From the NCBI GenBank assembly GCA_029976005.1, contig JARKOQ010000149.1, positions 68,400 through 132,399 of the forward strand: 64,000 nt of DNA, in the 5' to 3' direction. The first letter of the stretch is position 1, and each line of letters starts with the position of its first letter. Of this stretch, positions 45,355 to 52,939 are shown one piece after another. This DNA is from Aggregatilineales bacterium. GTDB lineage: Bacteria > Chloroflexota > Anaerolineae > Aggregatilineales > Ch27. Made by a program: the position numbers and the translations under genes. The notes beneath the pieces are model-generated. The model was not told the origin of the DNA. It made no database searches and worked only from the letters and a program-made list of their open reading frames with translations.

Positions 45355-45978
45355 ATGACTCTTGTTGCGGAGTGGAACGCCCTGACCTGCATTTACGCCG
45401 CCGCCTTGCTGATGGGGTTTCTGTACGCCCTGTTCCTGATCTTCTTCCAGGGGGTGGGCCACGCCTTCCACATCGATCTGGACGGCCACCATTTCGACCT
45501 GGGCGGGCATCAGGTCGACCTCGGTCACGCTGGCGGCCATGACCTGCACGCGGAGGGGCACGACAATTCCGAGGCCACCGGCCTGAGCATGCTGGCCATC
45601 AGTGGCTTCGTCACCGCCTTTGGGGCCTTTGGCCTGGCGGCCACCGGTTTGCTGCACGCCGGAGTCCTAGTCAGTCTGGGCCTGGCGATCCTGGGCGGAG
45701 TCGCCGTGGGCGCGGCGGCCCAGCTTCTGTTCATCCGCGTGCTGTCCACCACCACCAGCAGCAACCTGGACCTGAGCGCCCTCAAGGGCAGCCCGGCCCA
45801 GATCATCACCCCCATCCCGGCCGACGGGATGGGCCAGATCGCCTTCGTGCTGCGCGGCCAGCGAGTCACACTGAGCGCACGCTCGTCCAGCGCGACCAGT
45901 CTGCCGCGCGGCACACAGGTCATCATCGACGGCATCCGGGATGGCGTAGCCTACGTCTCCCCTGGTGGGGAGGACTGA
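45355..45978 (+). CDS. NfeD-family membrane protein with a His-rich loop
   Basis: TM helices plus a C-terminal OB-like segment (GSPAQIITPIPADGMGQIAFVLRGQRVTLSARS...VIIDGIRDGVAYVSP). It lies immediately upstream of flotillin, the classical NfeD-SPFH pairing. Confidence 0.75.
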   Translation: MTLVAEWNALTCIYAAALLMGFLYALFLIFFQGVGHAFHIDLDGHHFDLGGHQVDLGHAGGHDLHAEGHDNSEATGLSMLAISGFVTAFGAFGLAATGLLHAGVLVSLGLAILGGVAVGAAAQLLFIRVLSTTTSSNLDLSALKGSPAQIITPIPADGMGQIAFVLRGQRVTLSARSSSATSLPRGTQVIIDGIRDGVAYVSPGGED

Positions 45979-46043
45979 CGCCTCCCTTGAACGAATTCAA
46001 AATCTTTGAATCGGCTGCCATCAACCTAAAAGGAGTGAATACC

Positions 46044-47501
46044 ATGGAAGCCCTGGGTGGAATTGCATTGCTTGTACTGTTCTTCGTGCTGCTCACGGTG
46101 CTGGTGGTCTACCTCAGCCGTATTCGCACCATCGGCCCCAACGAGGTCCTGATCATCTCCGGCCGCAAACGCATCACCGTCAACGCCGTCACCGGCGAGA
46201 AGGAAGAACAGAGCTACCGCGTCGTCAAGGCCGGGCGGGCCTTCATCTGGCCGGTGATCGAGCGCGTGGACGTGCTCTCCCTGGAGCTGTTGACCATCGA
46301 GATCAGCATCGATGACGTCTACACCGCCCAGGGCGTCGCCGTCAGCCTGGATGGCGTGGCCCAGATCAAGATTGCCAGCGACGACGTCAGCATCCGCACC
46401 GCCGCCGAGCGCTTCCTCTCCAAGAGCCGGGCCGAGCTTCAGGAAGTCGCCCATGAGACTCTGGCCGGGCATCTGCGCGCCATCGTCGGCACGCTGACTG
46501 TCGAGGAAATCTACCGCGAGCGCGACAAGTTCGCCCAGAGTGTGCAGTTGGTTTCCGCCGATGACCTCAAGAACATGGGTCTGGCAATCGATAACTTCGT
46601 CATCAAGGACATCCGCGATAGCGAAGGTTATTTGAATGCGCTCGGCCGCCCGCGCATCGCCGACGTGAAACGCCTGGCCGTGATCGCCGAGCAGACCGCT
46701 TCGACCGAAGAAGAAGCCGCCCGGCGCGACTTTGGCGTGAAGAAAGCCGAATACGACCGCGAGGTCGCCCGCCAGCGCGCCGAATCCGACCTGGCCTACA
46801 AGCTCCAGGAAAGCATCACCAACCAGCAGGTGCGCGAGCAGGAAGTCCAGGTGGATGTCGTCTCCAAGCGCAAGCAGATCGAGCTTCAGGAACAGGAAGC
46901 CATGCGCATGGAACGGGAGTTGGAAGCCACCGTCCGCAAACCGGCCGAGGCCGAGCAGTTCCGCATCCAGACCATCGCCAACGCCCAGCGCTTCCAGATC
47001 GAGACGCAGGCGGCCGGTGATGCCGAAGCCATCCGGGCGCGCGGCCTGGCCGAGGCCGAGATCGTCAAGCAGCGCGGTATGGCCGAGGCGGAAGTCGTCC
47101 GGACGCGCGGTCTGGCCGAAGCCGAGGTCGTCCTGAAGCAGGGGTTGGCCGAAGCGGAAGCGATGGAGAAGAAGGCCCTGGCCTGGCAGATGTACAACCA
47201 GGCGGCCATCATCCAGCAGTTGATCGAGGCCATGCCGCGCATCGCTGCCGCCATCGCCGAGCCGCTCTCCAAGACGGAGAAGATCGTGGTCATCAGCAAC
47301 GGGTCGGACGGCGGGGGCGCGGGTGCGTCCAAGGTTTCGGCGGACATTGCCAGCATCATCGCCCAGGTGCCCTCCACCATCGAGGCCCTGACCGGCGTCG
47401 ACCTGATCGAGACGCTCAAGAACCTGCCCGGCGTCCAGACCACGGACGGCGGCAAGGCTGCTCCACGGGCGGAAAGCGGCGACGTCATCGACAACCGCTG
47501 A
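46044..47501 (+). CDS. Flotillin (SPFH/Band 7 family)
   Basis: AAAGGAG lies 8 nt before ATG 46044. N-terminal TM helix, SPFH domain, then Ala/Glu-rich flotillin repeats (RGLAEAEIVKQRGMAEAEVVRTRGLAEAEVV). Confidence 0.9.
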   Translation: MEALGGIALLVLFFVLLTVLVVYLSRIRTIGPNEVLIISGRKRITVNAVTGEKEEQSYRVVKAGRAFIWPVIERVDVLSLELLTIEISIDDVYTAQGVAVSLDGVAQIKIASDDVSIRTAAERFLSKSRAELQEVAHETLAGHLRAIVGTLTVEEIYRERDKFAQSVQLVSADDLKNMGLAIDNFVIKDIRDSEGYLNALGRPRIADVKRLAVIAEQTASTEEEAARRDFGVKKAEYDREVARQRAESDLAYKLQESITNQQVREQEVQVDVVSKRKQIELQEQEAMRMERELEATVRKPAEAEQFRIQTIANAQRFQIETQAAGDAEAIRARGLAEAEIVKQRGMAEAEVVRTRGLAEAEVVLKQGLAEAEAMEKKALAWQMYNQAAIIQQLIEAMPRIAAAIAEPLSKTEKIVVISNGSDGGGAGASKVSADIASIIAQVPSTIEALTGVDLIETLKNLPGVQTTDGGKAAPRAESGDVIDNR

Positions 47502-47525
47502 ACCGGCGGCGGTCGATTGCTTGCA

Positions 47526-47558
47526 GCGGGGATACCACCAGCGTATCCCCGCTTTTTT
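47526..47558 (+). terminator. Intrinsic terminator after flotillin
   Basis: GCGGGGATA-CCACCAGCG-TATCCCCGC followed by TTTTTTG. Confidence 0.8.
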
Positions 47559-47655
47559 GTATCAGAGCGCCGCGGTGCGTTATCGGCAAACCGGGGTCTA
47601 TGGTAGACTTGGAAGTGCCTGGACGCGCCGCAGGCACGTTTTTTGGGGAGGCACC

Positions 47656-48534
47656 ATGCGCCTGAGCACATACTCGATCGCCGCCTATGCACCGGAAGAA
47701 CGGGCCTGGGGCGTCGCGGTCGCCAGCAAGTTCCTGGCCGCCGGAGCCGTGGTGAGTTGGGCGCGCGCCGGTGTTGGCGCGGTCGCCACCCAGGCGTTGG
47801 CACGGGTCAGCTTTGGGCCGGATGGGCTGGCCCTGTTGGCCCAGGGCCGGCGCGCCGCCGCCGTGCTCAACCACCTGCTCGCCAGCGATCCCCATGCCGC
47901 CGATCGCCAGGTCGGAATCGTGGACGCCCACGGCGGTTCGGCCGCCCATACCGGCGCGAACTGCCATGCCTGGGCCGGCCACCGCACCGGGCAAGGCTTC
48001 ACCTGTCAGGGCAACATCCTCACCGGGCCGGAAACCCTGGACGCCATGGCGGACACATTCACGAGCGCTTCCGGCGAGCTGGCCGACCGGCTGGTCGCGG
48101 CCCTGCTGGCCGGGGATACCATCGGCGGCGACCGGCGCGGCAAGCAGGCGGCGGCCGTGCTTGTCGTCCGGCCCAATGGCGGCTACGGCGGCGACACCGA
48201 CCGCTACCTCGACCTGCGCGTCGATGACGACCCCGATCCGGTGCGGCGCTTGAGCGCCCTGGTCGCGCTCCACCATCTCTTCTTTGGGACGGTCGATCCG
48301 GACGACCTGATGCCGATCGGCCCCGACATCGCCCGCGAGCTTCAAACCCTGCTCCGGCGCGAGGGCTACCTGGATCGGGAAGCCTCCGGCGACTGGGACG
48401 AGCCATCCCAAAAGGCCTTCTGGAATCTGGTGAACAATGAAAATCTGGAGGAGCGCTGGGCCATCGACCGCCAGCCCGGCCAGATCGACCGCGTGACTCT
48501 GAACTATCTGCGCCAACGTTTCGATCGGAAGTGA
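47656..48534 (+). CDS. DUF1028 (Ntn-hydrolase-like) protein with C-terminal PG_binding_2-like domain
   Basis: GGGGAGG precedes ATG 47656. MRLSTYSIAAYAPEERAWGVAVASKFLAAGAVVSWARAGVGAVATQA is the DUF1028 N-terminal signature. The tail is REGYLDREASGDWDEPSQKAFWNLV. Confidence 0.85.
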   Translation: MRLSTYSIAAYAPEERAWGVAVASKFLAAGAVVSWARAGVGAVATQALARVSFGPDGLALLAQGRRAAAVLNHLLASDPHAADRQVGIVDAHGGSAAHTGANCHAWAGHRTGQGFTCQGNILTGPETLDAMADTFTSASGELADRLVAALLAGDTIGGDRRGKQAAAVLVVRPNGGYGGDTDRYLDLRVDDDPDPVRRLSALVALHHLFFGTVDPDDLMPIGPDIARELQTLLRREGYLDREASGDWDEPSQKAFWNLVNNENLEERWAIDRQPGQIDRVTLNYLRQRFDRK

Positions 48535-48570
48535 TTGCCCGTCTGTGTGAGCGAAAGTACAATTACAGCC

Positions 48571-49218
48571 ATGTCCGGTCTATTTCAAAAGATAAACACC
48601 CTGCTCAAAGCTCGGATCGACAGCTTCCTGGAAGAAGACCTGCGTCTCTCCCGGCAGCCGGATGAAAACGCGCTTCTGACGGCCGGCCGGCTGGGCAAGG
48701 ATGTCGATCAGGAAGTCGCCGCGCTGCGCCAGCGGATCGAAGAGGCGCTCAACTACGAGGACTCGCTTCAGGAAAAGATCGATGCCCTCCGGCAGGAAGC
48801 CTCCGATCTCGACGGCGAGGCCGATGACGCCCTGCGGGGCGGCCAGGAAGACACGGCTCGGCGCGCCCTGGAGCAAATGCGACGCCTCCAGCAGCAGGCC
48901 CATATGGTGGAAGCCGACCTGGTTCAGCACCGGCGCACGACCGCGGAATTCATCGAGCGCGTGAACGTGCTGGAAGGATTGATCGCCGAAGCCAGACGTA
49001 AAGAAGACACCAGTAGCATGACCGAGCCGCCCGCCGAAACCCTCGATCGCGTCCTGCAAACGGCACGGCAGGACGCCGAAACGCCGGGGCGAGCCGAACC
49101 CGTACGCGTGATTGTGAACCCGCCGCCGCCCGCAGAATCACCATCACCTTCTGCGAATGATGATCTGGCCGCCCGCCGCGCCCGACTGGCCCGGCGCAGC
49201 GCCGAACAAGAGGAGTAA
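48571..49218 (+). CDS. PspA/IM30-like coiled-coil protein (tentative)
   Basis: N-terminus MSGLFQKINTLLKARIDSFLEED resembles the PspA/IM30 amphipathic start (MGLFxR....A..N.LLdkaED). It is followed by about 150 aa of heptad-rich helix. Length is 215 aa. Confidence 0.55.
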   Translation: MSGLFQKINTLLKARIDSFLEEDLRLSRQPDENALLTAGRLGKDVDQEVAALRQRIEEALNYEDSLQEKIDALRQEASDLDGEADDALRGGQEDTARRALEQMRRLQQQAHMVEADLVQHRRTTAEFIERVNVLEGLIAEARRKEDTSSMTEPPAETLDRVLQTARQDAETPGRAEPVRVIVNPPPPAESPSPSANDDLAARRARLARRSAEQEE

Positions 49219-49224
49219 TTCCCG

Positions 49225-49932
49225 ATGCGCCCTTGTGTCCTCACCGTCGATGACGATCTCCATATGCGCACGATGCTGACCGATGCGCTCACCAGCGAAG
49301 GGTATGAGGTGGAACAGGCCAGCTCCGCCAAAATCGCCCTGGCGCTCGTCGAACGGCGTAAACATGATTTGATCATCCTCGATGTCGGCATGCCCGAAAT
49401 GGATGGCGTGACTCTGTGCCGCCGCCTCCGCCAGGACCCGCGCTTCACATCGACTCCGATCCTGTTCCTGACGGCCTATTCCCAGCCGGATGACATCATT
49501 CGCGGCCTGGACGCCGGGGGCGACGACTACACCCTCAAGCCGATCGAGCTGCCCGTCTTCCTGGCCCGGGTTCGCGCCCTGCTGCGCCGCCGCGCGTACG
49601 GGCATGGCGCGGCGGACGACTCGAGCGCGGTGCTGCAAGTCCGCCGGCTCACCCTCAATTCGGATACGTATCAGGTCATGGTGGAGGGACGATCCCCGAT
49701 CCAGCTCACGGCCACCGAGCACCGCCTGCTACGCTACATGATGGAAAACGCGCAGCAGCCGCTTTCGCCCCAGCGCCTGCTGGAAGCAGTCTGGGAATAT
49801 CCCCCCTACACGGGCGACCCGGACCTGGTCCGCGTGCACGTCCGCAATCTGCGCTCCAAGCTGGAGAGCGACACCCGCCAGCCGGAGTTCATCCAGACCG
49901 TGCACGGGGTTGGATACACGCTGACCGGCTAG
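49225..49932 (+). CDS. OmpR-family response regulator
   Basis: REC domain (VDDD, phospho-acceptor LIILDVGMPEMDG, KP) plus a winged-helix domain (LTATEHRLLRYM, RVHVRNLRSKLE, IQTVHGVGY). Confidence 0.9.
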   Translation: MRPCVLTVDDDLHMRTMLTDALTSEGYEVEQASSAKIALALVERRKHDLIILDVGMPEMDGVTLCRRLRQDPRFTSTPILFLTAYSQPDDIIRGLDAGGDDYTLKPIELPVFLARVRALLRRRAYGHGAADDSSAVLQVRRLTLNSDTYQVMVEGRSPIQLTATEHRLLRYMMENAQQPLSPQRLLEAVWEYPPYTGDPDLVRVHVRNLRSKLESDTRQPEFIQTVHGVGYTLTG

Positions 49933-49952
49933 CGAACGAGCGCGACACTTCC

Positions 49953-49974
49953 GGGGGCGAGGCCGCTCGCCCCC
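49953..49974 (+). terminator. GC hairpin after the response regulator (no T-tract)
   Basis: GGGGGCGAG-GCCG-CTCGCCCCC, a 9-bp stem. Confidence 0.4.
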
Positions 49975-50129
49975 ACATTCCCCCATGCTTCACGGACAAA
50001 TCTCTATCATTTCCTCACAAATCGAATCAAAGCCCCGACAGAGTGATATGGTATCATCAACTTAGAGTGAGCCTATCTCTGCGGCATCTGTCATGCTGGC
50101 GTTCAGATAGTGAACCGGGGAATCAAACC

Positions 50130-51107
50130 ATGCGCCGTGTTCTGAAAAACCTGCTCAAAGCCCTGGATGGCGCGCCTTTGCCCGACCCTGCTTCCGGCCG
50201 GAGCCGGCGCGGCCAGAGTCTGGTCGAACTGACCCTGGTCATGCCCATCCTGATCATCATGCTGCTTGGGCTGATCGAAATCGCCTGGCTGGCCAACCAC
50301 TTCCTGATCCTGATGGACGTCTCCCGTTCGGCGGCCCGCTTCGGCGCGCTCAGCGACCCCACGCTGTGGGACGAAGGCGACGAGCGCTACCTGGAGCGGA
50401 TGGACTGCAACGACGTGGATGGCGGATCGTACGTCGACGCGGACAACACCCTCTATCTGCCCATCACGGATTACTCCCACCTGCCCAGCGACTGGTTCGA
50501 GCCAGTCGGGTCGGAATCGGACATCGGCTATTACGATGGCGTCGCCTGCGCGGCGGTCCAGGACCTGGCCCCGCTGGTCTTTGACACCGAGAAGGACGAT
50601 GTTGTCGTCTCGGTCTTTTCGTTCATGTCGGAAGACCTGCACCGCAATGGCAACGTCGGCGTTTATGTCACCGGCCGCTACCCCGCCCACCAGAATGAAT
50701 GCAGCAACGAGACGTACGATCCGTTTGACGTCAACGACAACGGCATCGGCGACGCCACGACCGAAAACGTGGGGCTGATGTACGACGGGATCATCGAAAC
50801 CGGCCCGTTTGACAACTCCGAAAACGTGCGGGGCTACGTGCTGACCGGCCACCATCAGGTTTCCGACGCGCCGGGCTGCATCGGCTCCGAATTCAGCACC
50901 GCTGAAATCGAAGCCATGCTCAACGGGGCGAACAACCTGGAAAACAGCTTCATCCCCAACAACGGCCTGGTCGTCGTGGAGATGTTCTGGCATCACCGCC
51001 AGTTGCTCGGCCTGCGCTTCTTTACGATCATCGGGGATGACTTCGAACTGCACGTCTGGTCCATGTATCCGGTCACGGCCGCCGAACCAACCGCGACGCC
51101 CGGTTAG
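50130..51107 (+). CDS. TadE-like protein (long, 325 aa)
   Basis: RRGQSLVELTLVMPILIIMLLGLIEIAWLANHFLILMDVSRSAARFGA matches the TadE-like N-terminal domain. It is followed by an acidic extracytoplasmic domain. Confidence 0.75.
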   Translation: MRRVLKNLLKALDGAPLPDPASGRSRRGQSLVELTLVMPILIIMLLGLIEIAWLANHFLILMDVSRSAARFGALSDPTLWDEGDERYLERMDCNDVDGGSYVDADNTLYLPITDYSHLPSDWFEPVGSESDIGYYDGVACAAVQDLAPLVFDTEKDDVVVSVFSFMSEDLHRNGNVGVYVTGRYPAHQNECSNETYDPFDVNDNGIGDATTENVGLMYDGIIETGPFDNSENVRGYVLTGHHQVSDAPGCIGSEFSTAEIEAMLNGANNLENSFIPNNGLVVVEMFWHHRQLLGLRFFTIIGDDFELHVWSMYPVTAAEPTATPG

Positions 51108-51122
51108 CACAGGGAACGGTCA

Positions 51123-52889
51123 ATGGCTATGCGCACATTCGCCAAACACCTCAAGCACCGCGTTCTGCACGAGACCCAGGCAGGCCAGGCCATCATCCTG
51201 CTGGCCCTGGCCATGGTCGCCTTGCTCGCTTTCGTCGGCCTCGTGACCGATATCTCGCTTTTGTTCGTGCGGTTCAGCCAACTCCGGCGCGCCATCGACG
51301 CGGCTTCCATTGCGGCGGCCGGGCAGGTCCGCGAGAACCGCGAGTACGCCGACATCGCCCTGGCAGCGCGCCAGTTCATCCGCCTGCACGGCCTGGACCC
51401 TGAGCGCGTGCTGGTCCAGACCTGCGTCACCAATCCCGGCGATCCTGAGCTGTGCACCACCCCGCCCCGCAAACTGGTGCGGGTCCTGGCCCAGATCGAC
51501 TCCCCGACCACCTTCCTGCGGCTGATCGGCTGGCAGAACGTCACCCTGGAGACTTCCGCCGTGGCCGAGACGGCCGCGTTGGATGTGGCCCTGGTGCTTG
51601 ACACCTCGGAATCGATGGCCGACCCAACCACGGCGGCCGACTACACGGCCGTCAATTCCTCCTACGTATTCCGCTCGAACTGCGTGGTCGGCCCCATCAC
51701 CGGAAGACCCAACTACGCCTACTATGAGTGCTGCAACGATCCGGGCAAGGGGACGGTCGCGCTGGATGGCACCATCAGCGACATGGGCAACGGCAGCGAC
51801 ATGGATGGCGACTACAGCGACCTGGTCTGCCAGCCGTTCAAGCAGGTCAAGGACGCGGCCCGCGAATTCGTCGGCCGCCTGGACTTTGTGCGCGGCGACC
51901 GCGTGGTCTTCGTCACGTTCGACCGCAACGCCGCTCCGGTGCTGCCCAACAACCCCAGCGGGCCGGGCACCCTGGACCCATTGATCACGGACGAAGGCGT
52001 GGCCATCCTGACCCTGAACAAGCAGGTCGGCGTGGGGATGAACCACACGGCCCATACCGGCGAACAGGGGCGCTGCATCACCTTCGGCGTTGAGACCATG
52101 TACACCTACAACTGGGCGGCCCCCTGCATGGACACGAACATGGGCGGCGGTGTCCAGGCGGCCACGTCGATCCTGACCGACCCGCGTTACATCCGCCGCA
52201 GCGCCGTGTGGGTCATCATTCTGCTGAGCGACGGCGCGGCCAACGCCACGCCGCCCGCGGTCCAGAGCGATGGCAGCGGGGGGTATGAAAACGTGGTCAG
52301 CGCCTATGGGGAGCACGGGTACTGCCCCTGGTGGACGTTCTGCCGGACCGCCGATGGATTCGCGGAATGCGACAGCATCGACCCCACGGACGAAGAAGGC
52401 ACCCAGCCTTTCTGCTCGGACAATGATCCTGCCTCGCGCCATTTCTGCGTCAACGGCGTGGGCGACATCGCCATCGACGCGCCGGGCTGCGACGTCAGGC
52501 GGTACGATGCCAACGACTACGTGATGGACATGGCGGATATCGCCGGCCTGAACGAAGTCCGCGAAGGGCAGGCAGGCAACTTCATTGCCATGTACACCAT
52601 CGGGTTCGGTACCCCGACCAGTCCGCTCGTGGCCCTGGGTGAAGCCACGCTGCGCTACGTCGCCGATGCCGGCGACAACGGCCTCATCGATAACAACTGG
52701 CAGCAGGACTGCCGTGACGATGGCGTGTGCGGCAACGGCTCCGCCACCAATCTGGGCAGACTGGACGACTGCGAAGGCGCGGCCTACAAAGCGGACTGCG
52801 GCCAGTACTGGTATGCCGACAACCCGGATGACCTCGAGCGCGTTTTTGCCGAGATCGCCAGCCGTCTGTTCACGAGACTGTCGCGGTAG
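51123..52889 (+). CDS. TadG-like (Flp pilus-assembly TadE/G-like) protein with VWA domain
   Basis: The N-terminus QAGQAIILLALAMVALLAFVGLVTDISLLFVRFSQLRRAIDAASIAAA is TadG-like. MIDAS-like motif LDVALVLDTSESM. Confidence 0.75.
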   Translation: MAMRTFAKHLKHRVLHETQAGQAIILLALAMVALLAFVGLVTDISLLFVRFSQLRRAIDAASIAAAGQVRENREYADIALAARQFIRLHGLDPERVLVQTCVTNPGDPELCTTPPRKLVRVLAQIDSPTTFLRLIGWQNVTLETSAVAETAALDVALVLDTSESMADPTTAADYTAVNSSYVFRSNCVVGPITGRPNYAYYECCNDPGKGTVALDGTISDMGNGSDMDGDYSDLVCQPFKQVKDAAREFVGRLDFVRGDRVVFVTFDRNAAPVLPNNPSGPGTLDPLITDEGVAILTLNKQVGVGMNHTAHTGEQGRCITFGVETMYTYNWAAPCMDTNMGGGVQAATSILTDPRYIRRSAVWVIILLSDGAANATPPAVQSDGSGGYENVVSAYGEHGYCPWWTFCRTADGFAECDSIDPTDEEGTQPFCSDNDPASRHFCVNGVGDIAIDAPGCDVRRYDANDYVMDMADIAGLNEVREGQAGNFIAMYTIGFGTPTSPLVALGEATLRYVADAGDNGLIDNNWQQDCRDDGVCGNGSATNLGRLDDCEGAAYKADCGQYWYADNPDDLERVFAEIASRLFTRLSR

Positions 52890-52939
52890 TCTTTCGCCGA
52901 CGAATGTGGTCTGTTCGAATTCATAGAGAGGGCAAGTCT

